Assembly: GCA_001599295.1 (NCBI GenBank)
Contig: BCGN01000003.1
Location: 1,860,001-1,924,000 of the forward strand
Source: Sporopachydermia quercuum
Taxonomy: Eukaryota
DNA length: 64,000 nt
Direction of reading: 5' to 3'
The position numbers and the translations under genes are program-made. A model generated the notes under the pieces. The model searched no databases, was not told the DNA's origin, and saw nothing but the letters and a program-made list of their open reading frames with translations. Shown piece by piece: positions 44,864 through 58,350 of the stretch; the stretch's first letter is position 1, and every line of letters begins with the position of its first letter.

Positions 44864-46027
44864 ATGGCAACGAAAAGGCAAATAGAAGAAGAAAGTAAGA
44901 ATGAGAATGAGTTTGAGAGTAAAAGGTCCAAACTGGTTTTACCAGATGGATTATCAACAAAACAACTAGCAAGAAGGTTCTCTTCAAGACTAGAGATTAA
45001 CTGTAAGAGAATGGTTGGAGCAAATGAACCATTTGTTCCAGCAAAGAGATCTACCAAAAGATATAGTAAGGTGAATGCTTTGAGTGATTCAGAAAACGCA
45101 AGAACATATATTAAAGAAGTTGGAAATGAGAACACACATGTAAATGAATTAACTGTCTCTGATAAGATATCATTCAGTTTTGACTTCCCGGATTACTCGT
45201 TTACCCCTACAAGATCTATAGTTGTAACAACACCTGGTGTGCATTTACCTTCTAGAAAATCGAGTTTAATATATGAAGAATCAGATTATGAACAAGAATT
45301 TGATTCTGATTCTGATGACAACGAGGATGATGATGAGTTGGAATCTGAGAATGAAAACGACGAGTTGTTAGTGAATCCAAAGTATAATAAATCAGAGTTA
45401 GAGGTGGTGAACAGTTTTACATTGGAAAATGCTACGAGAGAAGAATCTGAAGTTGATGAGCCCGAATCTGACTTTGAATCTGGATATGACTGTGGATTTG
45501 AGTCTGATTTTGACTATGGATTTAATAACAGTGATACAACAGATCCACTACGGACACCTATTACCCCTCCTTCCATCATCACTGATTTATACTCTTATTT
45601 CAAGCCACATCAACAACAACAACTACAACCATCACAGGAAATAATATCCAATTTGAATTCTAATGGTTCCGAGAATGATTATTGGGTTCCAGAAATGTCA
45701 TTTACCCTTCCTGATCTTCCTGATGTTGATTTGAGCACCAGCAACCACTTGGATGAATCGACAAGCCCCTCAGCTGAATGCTCGGTTGAGAAATTAGCGT
45801 CAGCTGAAACTGCTGCCACCTCATCTATTGATTCGAATACAGTCACATCCATTTTCAACTCTGAAATAAAAATGGATGAGTGTATTGATTTAGAAATGGC
45901 AGACGATGAATCCATTGCTCTTTCATCTTCTCTAAACTCTTGCCGAACGGTTTATAAATATAGGTTTTCAGGCAATATGAATCTAGGATTAATTAACATA
46001 AATGCTTCTTTTATTCCTGGAAACTGA
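44864..46027 (+). CDS. Hypothetical acidic, Ser-rich protein
   Basis: 387 aa ATG-initiated ORF with a basic N-terminus (KRQIEE...KRSKL), Asp/Glu tracts and TP/SP sites. No family recognised. Confidence 0.75.
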   Translation: MATKRQIEEESKNENEFESKRSKLVLPDGLSTKQLARRFSSRLEINCKRMVGANEPFVPAKRSTKRYSKVNALSDSENARTYIKEVGNENTHVNELTVSDKISFSFDFPDYSFTPTRSIVVTTPGVHLPSRKSSLIYEESDYEQEFDSDSDDNEDDDELESENENDELLVNPKYNKSELEVVNSFTLENATREESEVDEPESDFESGYDCGFESDFDYGFNNSDTTDPLRTPITPPSIITDLYSYFKPHQQQQLQPSQEIISNLNSNGSENDYWVPEMSFTLPDLPDVDLSTSNHLDESTSPSAECSVEKLASAETAATSSIDSNTVTSIFNSEIKMDECIDLEMADDESIALSSSLNSCRTVYKYRFSGNMNLGLININASFIPGN

Positions 46028-46855
46028 ATACTTGAGTATTGATCGATACTTTATTCATTAAAATGTCGGTCATTCTATGGTTGCGAAAAGACGATAAGTA
46101 TATGTATGCCATGTTAATTGTTACTTCTCATCTTTTTGGATTTTCATCACCTACAACAAGTACTGTGACTTTCTGTGCGTTTGGGCTTTGTTTTTTATTT
46201 TATTTTATTTTATTATTTTGGCTTATTGGTTATTGTATATATAAACTATTGCGGTTGGTGTTACTATTTGGTGATTTTTTGTGTTATATGTTATTTTGAT
46301 TCTTCTGGTTGATTGATACCTTTGATAATCTCTGAACTGTATGAAGGGTATATGAATCAATCAATATGGCATCTGACTTGGATGGAATAGACTTTTTATA
46401 TCACCTTAATTTGAATTATATAGATTTTTTTGAATTTAATTGGGTTTTTTTGTTATTTTGTTAGGTGTAGGATCCTAAATATGTAAGGGAGATCGTGAAT
46501 AGAATAGAAATCTATTCTATTCATCCTCAATAATCAATCAATATTTCACTTGTTTGGCACCGAATAAAGGTTAATGAGCACGCCGCAAATTGTTGAATAA
46601 AACTTTAAATGTTCAGCAAATAACAATTTCTTACGCGTTTTCTGTTCACTCTAATTCCAATGTTATAAATCTGGTTTGAACTAGGACAATTCAACTCCAA
46701 TCCATAGTATCATATTCTTGTATGCAATAATGTATGCCTATTTTAACCACTTTATCCATCATCACACGCATTCTATATATCTTCTATAAATCTCAAACTA
46801 TTTACTCAAAAAAAGAAAAGAATTGTTGGAATTCTCTTCAGAATTCAGTCTTCAA

Positions 46856-48679
46856 TCAAAAACAAAATATATGGAAGAGTCTCCTATACCATGGTCTTTG
46901 ACGTTCATTCAAAGCCTGTTGTTCAGGTGTTAATCCTAACTGCTCATAATATACTCTTTCATAATCATCAATTTCTTTCAACCCTCGCTTCAAATCAACG
47001 TCCTTGAATGATTTCCATTTAGTTCTACCAATAACAAATTTCCATATCACGAAAATAAATATATCAATAAAGATCATCAAGTAACTAAATAGAAATGTTG
47101 GAGTTGACCAGCTGCCAGGCAAAAACACGTAGTAACCTGATAAGAAGGTCATACAGAATGCACAGAACAAACCAAAATATGCTGTATACGGCTGATACCA
47201 GCCTCTGAAAGGTAACGTTCTTCTACTTATACCTTGAGCTTTCATAGAGTAATAGAAACAAATATATGTTGTGCATAACACGCAAAAGTTGATCAATTGG
47301 GAAGCAGTAACAAGATTGATGATCCAATTCAATACAACAGAAGCAGATTTTCCTAGTTGCAAGAAAGACAATAAGCCAAAACATAATGATATTAATACAC
47401 AGTAAATTGGTACACCATTTGCCGTACATTTCTGTAGAACTTTTGGGGCATGGCCATTGAGAGATAAACCATATAATGAACGAGATGCACAGTAGGTATA
47501 AGAGTTGCCAGCAGAGAAACAAGCAGTTAAAATCAATGCATTAACAATATCTGGTAAAACGGAAATTCCTAGTTGTTCCATAGCGATAACATAAGGAGAC
47601 GAACCAGCACCTGGTAAATTGGCGTCAAGAGCATTCAAGAGCAATGGGTCATTATAAGGAACCAAAATTCCTACACATAAAGATCCACCAATAAAGAAAA
47701 AGGTTAATCTGAAAAATACAGCTTTGAAAGCCTTGGGAAGAGTCTTTCTTGGATTCTCTGTTTCTCCTGCTGCCATTGAAACATATTCAGGCCCAGCAAT
47801 AGTAAAACAAGCTTGAATCATGCAAGCAAAAAAACCAAGAAATCGGCCCCAAGCCCCATCAGAAATATACTCAGCAAATGCTCCTGGGTTATTCCAATAT
47901 TGGAACCCAAATGCCTTATGTTGAGGATTTCCACCAACCATTACAATAAAGGTAAAGAACATCAATCCAATAGCTAAGAATACCTTACCAAGAGATAACC
48001 AAAATTCAGACTCACCATACCATTTGACAGCAAATATGTTAATTGCTAAGTACATAACCATTTGAATAGATAATGTGATGGCAGGTGAATAGCCAGTAAC
48101 CCAGAAGTGAATAATAGAATTGACTGCAGTAATTTCAAATGGAATTAGGGCAGCTTCTAGAAAGAAAAAGTTCCAACCTGCCATGACTTCCAATGCTCCA
48201 TCACAGCATCTTCCAGCCAAACGAATAAATGGAGATGAAAACGGATACAAAGTTACCATTTCAGCAGTAGATACAGTTATGCATAAAACAGGAATACACC
48301 ACAGTGTGAACCCAAGAAATAGCGATGCTGGTCCACCTTTTGTTAATGCTCCACCAATAGCTACAAATAGGGCTGTACCAATAGTACCACCAATACCAAT
48401 CAACTGAATGTGTCTATTCTTTAATTTTCTTTTGGTGTGTTCTAAAAATGGTTTCTCATCATCGCTAGATGGGTATGTTGATCCAGTTCTTTCAATTAGC
48501 TCATCTACCGTTCGGACTCCTTGGAAGCTCCTTCTTGATTCTTCATCAATTGATTCGTTTTTAATTGATTTGGTATCATCGCTTGATTCGTTTTCAATAG
48601 AAATCTCCTGTAACTCAATGCCTGTCGTTGAAACGTTAGAGTCATCTTTTCTCTTTAGATAGTCTAGTCTGAATCTCAT
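46856..48679 (-). CDS. AGP2: Amino acid permease-family protein (YAT), Agp2-like
   Basis: RKLKNRHIQLIGIGGTIGTALFV, YGESEFWLSLGKV, FTIAGPEYVSMAAGETENPR, FSAGNSYTYCASRSLY. First ATG at 48679 (607 aa). Neighbour of HSL7 as in S. cerevisiae. Confidence 0.88.
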   Translation of the reverse strand: MRFRLDYLKRKDDSNVSTTGIELQEISIENESSDDTKSIKNESIDEESRRSFQGVRTVDELIERTGSTYPSSDDEKPFLEHTKRKLKNRHIQLIGIGGTIGTALFVAIGGALTKGGPASLFLGFTLWCIPVLCITVSTAEMVTLYPFSSPFIRLAGRCCDGALEVMAGWNFFFLEAALIPFEITAVNSIIHFWVTGYSPAITLSIQMVMYLAINIFAVKWYGESEFWLSLGKVFLAIGLMFFTFIVMVGGNPQHKAFGFQYWNNPGAFAEYISDGAWGRFLGFFACMIQACFTIAGPEYVSMAAGETENPRKTLPKAFKAVFFRLTFFFIGGSLCVGILVPYNDPLLLNALDANLPGAGSSPYVIAMEQLGISVLPDIVNALILTACFSAGNSYTYCASRSLYGLSLNGHAPKVLQKCTANGVPIYCVLISLCFGLLSFLQLGKSASVVLNWIINLVTASQLINFCVLCTTYICFYYSMKAQGISRRTLPFRGWYQPYTAYFGLFCAFCMTFLSGYYVFLPGSWSTPTFLFSYLMIFIDIFIFVIWKFVIGRTKWKSFKDVDLKRGLKEIDDYERVYYEQLGLTPEQQALNERQRPWYRRLFHIFCF

Positions 48680-50750
48680 TTTTTTTTTTTTTTGGAAAGA
48701 GTTGTTCACGTTTATGAGTTTTTGTAGTCTCTTTGTTCTTCAGACTTAATGTTCTATCAACTGATTTTTCTCTCAACGCTGCTACAGTTGTTGAGTGAAA
48801 AAAGATTAGCAATACTACCTTGGTAAATAGTCTGCCCCTCTAATCAAAATAGAATAGCAGTCCACATAATAAAAGTTAAAACTTCCCATTTAATATAAAA
48901 CAAAATCGTCCTTGCAGTTCTTGACAAAAAGAAAGAAGAACAAAGCTCTATGATCAACGAAGTATTTGAATATAAAAGAAGAAAACTCTTGTGCTGCATG
49001 AATAAACTATGTTGAGTTTGTCCCTTCTGGTAAATTATGTTTACGTGATTTCATTAACAAAGTTTATTACTGAGAGAACAAATTTGTTTTGTACATAAGG
49101 TTTATAATTTATTCAAAAAAGGTAGAGCATGCATGAATTTAGCGATCTAAAAATCACCAGCTGGAAGCTTAATCCAGTATCGTGAAAGCGTTCCTTATTA
49201 ATAGCGAAAGAATTCAAGCAGAGTAAGAATAAAAATGAAGTATTTGTACCTCCCAACTATAAAAGTACCAAGACTTCAAGCAACTTTTTTCTTTGTTTAA
49301 CGTATTTATTTACTCAATTGTCTGTCTTCTAATTCACTCCTATAGTAGAATCAAGCTTATAGATTTTAGCTCAAAGTTTCCCCAGAAAAAAGAAATTATA
49401 TCATAAACTCTACTGGTACTGAGGTTGATCAACCAATAACATTAACGGACAGATGGGAATAAATGGGAAAGGATCAAGTTCTTTGAAGATAATAGGCTAT
49501 TTATTATGGATTTTGATTATTTGATTAACTACACGATACGATTTAAGTATCACTCTGGTTTGAATTGCTTGAAAGAATCTGATAAAAAAAACTTATGTGA
49601 ATGACAAAAGGGGTATATGTACTGGAAGTGATAATGTCCGAGGAAGCAAAATGTGAATCAGTGAGTCAAAATTCATATGTAGTAATTCCATAGTTAACGT
49701 CGAATTTTCATCATACATTCATCATGATAAATATATAGAATAATAGTCAAAATATCAACTGCTGCTCTAGAATAATTACAATTCAACAAAAACATTCCTT
49801 TTATTGTTGCAATTATTTTTATTATTCTATACTGTTTGAATCCTGCGGTCCCTGAGTGAATAGGACCTCCGTGATGGAGAGATTTCCATTCAACCGGAGA
49901 TGGATTCCTCGGAAGTTGGATTTGATTTCATTCAACCATTTTCGGAAGGAACAAAAACAAAAGATCCGGTATAACTGATCATATCTCGGTCATTTATTAT
50001 ATTACCATAAAATAAGACAAAATTTTTTTTTTTCTCCCCTCTGTGTAGTCATGATGCTGTTTTCCTGGTTCATTGGTTTATAAAAATCTGGGGTAATTGC
50101 TCAGTGGAAAACTAGTGTCACGTGTATGCACTTTGCAGGATGCGAGAAAGAAGTTCGGAGTTCACCAAAGATCGGTATATTATTGTTAGGGAGATAAGTA
50201 TTTTTTGGTATTATCCTCTTGTATTACTAAATTGAACTAGTTGAAGGAAAGCCTAACGCTGAAAGTGGCTAGGATATAAAGTGGAAAAGAGTTGATTCAT
50301 CAATTCAGCTAAGATTCATTAGCTGAATTGTCATGCATATGCATTGCATACATAGTGAATAGATAGCCAACTACCACCAGAGAATAGTGTGAGAAGAGAT
50401 GGACAAGTAGGTGAGCTTTCTTTGTAAATTATTTCATCTACAATGCCATTAAATGGGCAACGACTCAAGAAACAAAAGCTTCTAATTCTCCAGTTCGTGA
50501 AATACACTTTTACTTGATATTTCTTTGCAATCAAACAGATTCCTCAATTCATGTTTTGGTTGTCAAGCCGAGGGTTTGATTCTGTCATACGTTGATCCTT
50601 AAACTACTTCGCCGGTATAGTCAGTATCTATTGCCGTACTCTATAAATCGAGTGATTGGATGCCACTAAAGTTGAACCAATTGTTATTATATTCGATCTG
50701 CGTTTTGATCCTGATTGCTTATTACTTCACACTATTATGATGTACCATAT

Positions 50751-52721
50751 ATGAGTAACACTATTCGTCAATCATCAGATACTCATTGCTGGGAATCGTT
50801 TACTCCCTCGATTGGAACTTCCATCAGTAACAATGATGAATTATCTGACTGGCATTTGTATGAGAAATCAGACCTATTGAAAGGCAAGCAACTGTTGAAG
50901 AGTTCGCATTCCCGTAACATATTTAAATCTGCCATCAACTTCTCTGAAGTGCATAATGACTTTCAAGCATTAGAATTAGAAATTGAATGGTGTATGAAGT
51001 ATGAGATCAATCAAATTCTACTACCTGTAAGGGATATATCTTCAAGTACTTTTTCTTCTATGGTACCCTGTACTAGTCTACTATACAAGATATTACAGAA
51101 ATACAGGAAACTTACATTTTTATTACTCCTTGATGAAAGCAGCTTGTTATTCTGGTACCAGATCAATCAGTATTTGAATTTTGATTCTAGGATCAAACTT
51201 GCCTTAATAATCCACCAGAATGATAGGGCATTTGTCAATGACTGGTGCTCTCAAGATGTACATTTACTATGGGTTCATCAAGAAACTTCTAAAACGTACT
51301 TGGCACAATATTTGACAGCGAATCCTCATGTTGAAGTGTATTTAGATAAAGGATCTCTGCTTTCCGTTGAATCGATAAAGGAAATGGTTAAAGGTATAGT
51401 AAGGGATTATGATCGGTGCACAAAATTTGCTTTCCAGTGTATGGACTTGCTGTCAAGTCCTCTACAACCATCGGTTGAAGATCTTGAAGATGAGTCTTAT
51501 AAGGTATTTGAATTAGATGTTCCGAAATATAAGCAATATTCAAAGGCTTGTGAGCAGGCTCTGATAGATTTGATGAATACAGTGGATAAGGAGGGCCCCC
51601 CTTTAAGTATTATGGTGCTGGGATGCGGGAGAGGACCTCTTGTTACTTCCTTGTTATTAGGAGGAAGTAAATGTGTATCCATTGATCAATTGGAAGTCAC
51701 GGCATTAGAAAAAAACCCTGTAGCTATTGAAACATTATTCAAGTATAAAAAAGAAATGACATGTGAAGGTACGGAATTCAATGTTTCACATCTTCCAGCA
51801 GGTTATCTTATTGATCTGGCGGATATCTCGGAGATGAATTACATAAGACAAGGATGGAGTAACTTAAGAATAGTTGAAGGCGACGCTACAGTGATTGAAT
51901 TTCCCGTTAAATTCAATCTAGTGATAAGTGAGCTTCTAGGAAGTTTCGGATGCAATGAACTGGCGCCAGAATGTTTAATTCCATTTGAGAAAAACCTTGA
52001 TGGTAAGTGATTCTTCCTGGATTCGTCCTGTTTAACTATGCATTTGAGTGGGCCAATTAATCATAATCATTATATGAATTCCATGCTGACATTTATTTTC
52101 TCGCTTCTAGAAAACGGTATTATGATACCTTCAGAGTACAGCTCTTGGGTTGTTCCTTTAACATCACTGAAGCTCCATCGGCAGTTAAATTCAAAGGTGA
52201 GCAATTTTGACTACAAGGGTATCAATAAATCCCTACAGCAGCATCATGTTGCGTATCTGAAAACACCAGTTATGATCTCTTCTCCTTTAGAATGCTGGTC
52301 ATTCAAATCGGGAAGAAATCAATATTCCTGTTCGACTGAGATACATCAGCAATTGTTCTCTCGTAATGCATTCTTAAAATTCCCTTTAACGTTTGACAAA
52401 TCTCAGCGAAACAAAGTTAATCTAATCCATGGACTGGCTGGCTATTTCTCAGCTCAGTTATATAAGAATATCGTAATTGATATCTTGCCCGAGAGTAATA
52501 AAAGCGAAGTGTTGACATGGTTTCCAGCATATTTTCCATTAGAGTCTCCCCTTGATGTTGGAAGCAGCTCATGGGTTCAAGTCAATATATCAAGACATAA
52601 TAAGGCTACTAATAATAACAGTATGCGGACTTGGTATGAATGGTGCTTGACACTGGAAAATGGTACTTGTTCGATGATTCATAACTTAGACGGAAAATAT
52701 GATTCAACTGCTTTAGATTAG
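50751..52721 (+). CDS. HSL7: PRMT5/Skb1-family arginine methyltransferase; join(50751..52002,52111..52721); 5' end uncertain
   Basis: PLQPSVEDLEDESYKVFELDVPKYKQY, SAM motif MVLGCGRGPLV, ALEKNP, ISELLGSFGCNELAPECL. Intron GTAAGT(52003)...GCTGAC...TAG(52110) joins LD-ENGIMIPSEYSSWVVP. HGLAGYF, TWFPAYFPL, WYEW, IHNLDG. Confidence 0.9.
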
Positions 52722-55700
52722 TAATCGATGTATAACTCATTACCGTTTCAAAGGAATCCATTATTGTTTTCACATTCTTTGTTTAATAATCAGCTCTTAA
52801 TAGTAGTATTGAACATTTCTAAATTTCACTTAATTTTTTGTCATTTGCTTGTCAACGATAGACAGAGACATGGGAGTCCAAGTCACTGCCTAATCGTTGC
52901 CAATGTTGAATTTTCACGTACAAATTGCAAATTCACCTATCTCAAGATATCGGCATTATACACTTGATTATCAATAAGACTAAATGAATTGCACGTCATC
53001 ATGGGAAGTCATACAGTAGTATGTGTTGGTACCTAGTGTCCGAGGACGGGCGCTACGATGTGTCTACCAAAATTAGTAGTTAAGCATATTGATAGCTTGT
53101 AGACTTAGTAACTAGAGGGTAATGTGATATCATTACATTGCAATCAATTGAAAAGAACGTGGCGACAATCTGTATCACTCAAATTAGAATTAGATAAATA
53201 TATCGCCAGGATTGGTTAGGTAATCTTTCATCATACGCATCCTTACATATATTACCTAATATCGGAATATTTCATTAGCTTCATTTTGATAAGAAAGTGA
53301 AGTCACCATAGAAAATATTTTATCAAGACGCTCTAATTCTTGAAAAGCCCGATGTGAATATAATCTAGTGCTTCACATGTCTATGAGGTACTGTAAGACT
53401 GATAGCAACAATTGTAATCAATGTTAGCTACCATTTTACCCATTTTACGTTTCGTTTCTTACCCAATATCGGGATAAAGCTTATTATTTGAATTTCAATC
53501 CAGTTACCAATTTACTTTACTCACTTACCTATAAAAGAATATTATGAATGGATGGCATATTTGGTAAATGAAATACTCTACCAAATCAGAAAGCTGTTTC
53601 TGTCAAAAGGGTAATCACCAGCAAGTCGTATCGTAAATTGAAGGGATTCTTTTAATAAGTTTACTCCTTTCACCAATGATTTCATGGAAGGCACTTCAAT
53701 CAAATTGGGTAAAAATATTTCCATTATTTGGAAGTTATTAGTCATTGACACCAAAGAAACCAATATCTCTTGAAGAACAGGCTTGGCTCTTAAATAATAG
53801 AAGAGAATAGAAAAGAAGGTATAACAACCTGAACCATTTTTTCTTGGTTACGCTTGGCACGAATAGTTCTACGAGTAAATATATCAGTCCAGCGAAAGCG
53901 ATAGCCATAAAACTTANACTTGACGCAATTTGATTAATCATCAAATATTACCAATTCCACAGCGTAGAAACATTATATTAATTAATCACTTAATCACTTG
54001 AATTGAAAGCTTTTACAAACCTTATCTTCAATTCATCTTTTTCTGATCAAAATCATTCTTGAATTGTTTAACCACACAGCTTGCTTCAATCCATCGAAAA
54101 TAGTATTGAAATAGGAAGATAAAGACAGACAACTTAAAAAGTAAAGCTAGGACAAATCTCTGCTGANTTACCATTTTGGTAGTAATGTTCTTCATCTCAT
54201 TGCCAAGTATGTACACCTGTTTTAGGGAAACTATTAATCATATGTCCTAAATAGGTAATATTTGAGAAGCTTAAAATATAGTTTAACCCTTAATTAAATA
54301 TTACGAACTATTCCATAGACATTCGGGCTAGTGATTTAATATTTCTTTATTGATCTCAACCTCATTTGCAAGTTGGATGACACTAACATAGCTATTTCAG
54401 GGCTTACTTCAAATAGTGATTACCAATCTTAAAATGATTTAAGGTATTTATTTCATAAAACCTTTAAAGTTTATCTATTCTATTCTATCCATCGTAAATA
54501 AAAGATCTACAATATTTTGACTTCTTTTTTCCTTTTTTGGAAATTGGCCTCAATTCACATCTGTAATTACCTTGAAATTTGTTCGGAGCTTCCCTTTTCT
54601 CATTACATGACAATAAAAAGAATATAGTAGGTGATATATCGATTATACAATATAATTCGAAGATGCACTTGGTCTCAAGTCTGATTCAACTCTTTAGCTA
54701 GGCTTGGCATACCAGTACCACTTTTTCTTATCGGGATCAGATACAGGATTCTCACAATACGCTAGTAAAAATTAGNTATTTTTTACTAATTAGTTTTTAG
54801 ATCGAATATTAACAATTTGATAGGTTCACACATAGTGAGGTCTAGTAAGGAGATCCAGAACTGAAGTTTCAGCATTTAAAAAAATTATAAAACCTTCAAT
54901 TCAAAATCAGCTAATTTTAAAGTTTTGCGGTGAAATAAAATAATGAGGGGGCCCCAAGATAATTATTAGATACATCTAAGTCGNGATAATTTGACAGCTC
55001 TGAGATGAAACCTAGTTGCTTCCAGAGGCAGACCGAATCAATATTAATATGGCCTCTCAAGAGTAATCCAGTATATTGACGGCTATCTTTTTAAACTAAT
55101 TGTCTTACAATTATGACCCAAATTTAACGTTCGTGATTTTCAGGTGCCGAAAACTCATGTTTTCCGTTAGGTTAGTTGATAATAGTTCACTGAAGTATGT
55201 AGACACAGAGTAGCCATCCAAACAGTTATATTTTCAGGTCTTTGATTATAATTTAAGAAATTAGTACCTTAAAAACCATGCAAAATTTTCTCTGCTGTAG
55301 ATCAGTTATTAGGATCAATTCTGAGAGCTCTTTCCTTGTCTTGACCCTCGAGTAGGCAATTTTGATTATGCTAGAATCACATGCATGCGGTGCGTGCGGA
55401 GAACTCTCGAAGTCACTATTTCCTGAATTAGTATTCTTTAACCTTTTTATTAATATTATTTTTCTTTTAAATTTAGTACCATGTTGGTTTTCACGTGTAG
55501 TAAATGAATTCAACCGAGCAACCCTTGATCATTGTTCAAACANTATACTACTACGTCAGGCAATAGCTACATATCCTTTACATGGTATATCTGTTTTATT
55601 CCCGCTAAGATCAAGCACCAAGGAGGTAAACAAAATAGAAGAAAACCCTTAAAATTCATAAAAGCATTCAGGACTGAATAACTGTCGTCAAGCAAAGAAA

Positions 55701-56949
55701 ATTACTTTTATGCTCGATAGTACAGTAGAGTTTTAATGATTCTATAGAAACAGGAAAGGCCAAGAAAACGAAACTTTATCTCAGATTATGAGTTACGATG
55801 AAAGCTGCGCAATCTGTGTATCTGTCAAAGTGTCTCATATCAAGGTCTGTTCTAATCTGTAAACGAAAACGAAGTATTCCCAGATTATGTGTGCAAACCC
55901 ACAGTTACATAGGGGGGGGGGGGGGGGTGGGGGTCGTAGTCTACGAAGAGGAGATATCCTCTAAAAAATTATCATCAATGTAGCTAAGCTTCTAGATATG
56001 CTGTCAAAAAAAAAAACCCTTTTGAGTTACCAATATGTCATAATAAACTTCTGTAGCAGGAAAAAACAACAATATTGTTACATGATTTTGTTGCCAAGAA
56101 CAAGCCCCGTCTAAATGATGAGGAATGGACGCAATTTCGATTCCTTTAACTTAATCTCGTATTTCTTACGAGAATCTCAAGACATCAAATAAGGTTCATT
56201 TTAGGTTCAAGCTTTCAGCTTAGGTTAACGTTAATTGCCGATTTGTCTTGTCTTATGCATCAGAATCAAGAAGAGAACACGATCAAACTTCAATTAAGCG
56301 AAGCTTTCCTAAAATGCCAATCACCGAGATCAGGTGTTCTAATTGGAGAGGAAAAACTATACTGTTGCTTCAACTTGTCTCAAACAGCTTGAGGAATGAT
56401 TCTATTTTCAACCAGGATTTGCTATTATTTAAGTATATGTGGATAATTATTTGAGTGTGAGAACAGTTGATGGAAAAGCCCGTTGTTTGATAACATACCA
56501 TAGAGAGCCCCAAGATGAATAGTATTAATAGAAATGTTGAATCAGAATTACTCGATTGCTGTTATATAATATTATTTTGGAGTTGTGTGACAAGATTCGG
56601 CAGATTCTATATCGTATAAATATATAGCGGTGTTATTTTCTAATAATCGGGCTGAATCACTTTTGGATAAGGATTATACAATTATTTGAATTCTGCCTCA
56701 GTCGATTAATCGTACATAAATATTTGGAAGTACGAGGGAAATAGTTTAATTAACGAAAATAGAGGGAGGATAACTAATTTGTATCAATGTGGAGCAGTGA
56801 TAGCCATTAGTTATCTCTGCTGAATATTCTAAAACACTTGCAAGTTCAGACATTCTCACAATTCTTAAGACCCTTATGATTGCTCGATTAACTAGCAAAA
56901 AAGACAATTGAGTATCATCAGTATTTGGAACTATTATGCAATAATTTGC

Positions 56950-58350
56950 AGTATTCCCTTGTACAAGAACTTGTTTACTCATACACTATAATTACTCAAT
57001 CATTAGTCCCATGTCATTCTCACATATTTGCCCCTGAACTTTATAACAGCTTACGATTTAATTGAATATTGTCTATTTTGTTCCTGAAGGTAAGATCTTG
57101 TAATAGGATACAACTATTAGTCTAACAGCAAGACTATCTCTGGGTCAATTGCTGGCCCAATGCCAAATTTATCTACAATGTTTTGAAAGACCTGACATCT
57201 ATTCAATCATGATATGATCAATAAATGGGGTATCGCTTTGCATCGTTTGTTCAATGAATCATTACATATAAAGGACTCTCTCTAAATGAGAGTAAAGCAT
57301 CAAAGAATTTGATCTCGATTTATCATTATTACGTTCTTCACATCTAGATGTAATCCTACTTTTGCGACGGATTCAGATGACCTGATTGATATATGAAACA
57401 TGAGCCCATCTCATCTCTATCAATTGGTCATGATGATGAAACTAGGTTCTAAGATGCCCTTTTGGGGGCCGTACATTAACAAAGGTAAATACAAGTTAAG
57501 ATGTATATCTGAATTGTCCTAATTGGGTAGCACCTAAGAAAACCTTAAGTTCATTCTTGGGTGATCGTTGCTAAATTAGTCAATTACATAGATGTCGCAT
57601 ATCGCGGAAGATGATAAAATTCAGAACTGGTTCAATACTTGAATTATAGATGAACAATAGATGAACAATAGATGAACAATAGATGAACAAGAGACGGATC
57701 AAATAGAATGGGATCAACACATATTAATAATTTTATCTGTGAAATATTGTTGAGCCTTAGATAGAAGTCATCCATTGTGGAGTTAACCATTCTGACCCTC
57801 ATTAGGCCACTAAATCTTATTATGACTCGTTCTTTTCACATTAATAACTCTATACTGGGACCACATTTGTTACAAAGGAATGTAAGACGACTTTCAATCA
57901 TAACTGCTGGACATATGNTATAAAAGAAATGGCTCATCGTTCCTCAACGGTCTATTACCACGTCATTTTGATTCTCAGAACCCAATTATTATACCGAATT
58001 AGTATAAAGTGTCGTTGTTTCTGTCAACAATTATATTCCTGTCCAACATTGTCATTTTTTTGATCGACAGAAAGACCTATTATATTATAATCAATCTTGC
58101 ATATGCTGAATGATGATACTTTTGAAGTGGTTAGAGTTCCGACTCAACGCTGCATAATATGAGCCAACAAGATTAACAGTCGCAGTAAACCCCTTCAACG
58201 GCCACAATATGTCCTGTTTTTGAAAGTCTCGATTTGAAATAGTTCGATGGCCATCTATTTCATTGTTCGGAACATTTAATAGCGGATATTGCAATGTAGA
58301 TTTAGTTGTATGGGAATAATTAAATAAAATTTAGAATATAAGGCACTTTG
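56950..58350 (+). mobile_element. Decayed Ty3/gypsy pol relic (RT, RNase H, integrase fragments)
   Basis: Collinear plus-strand fragments: FVPEG...SNSKTIS...PMPNL (~57075-57180; RT start), NWVAPKKTLSSFLG (~57521-57562; cf. W..P.T.K.LRSFLG), LGPHLLQ (~57855-57875; cf. LGAVLLQ), SRFEIV...TFNSGYCNVDLVV (~58225-58310; integrase core start). Many stops and frameshifts. Confidence 0.6.
57647..57690. repeat. 11-bp tandem repeat x4
   Basis: TAGATGAACAA x4. Confidence 0.95.

Noticed and set aside
46496..46523. Perfect 13-bp hairpin (TGAATAGAATAGA-AA-TCTATTCTATTCA) as a terminator
   Set aside because: Real palindrome between convergent genes, but low complexity. Intrinsic hairpin terminators are not expected for Pol II, and there is no functional evidence.
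57647..57690. CRISPR-like or telomeric array
   Set aside because: Four contiguous 11-mers with no spacers, inside a retroelement relic in a eukaryote. Simple tandem repeat.
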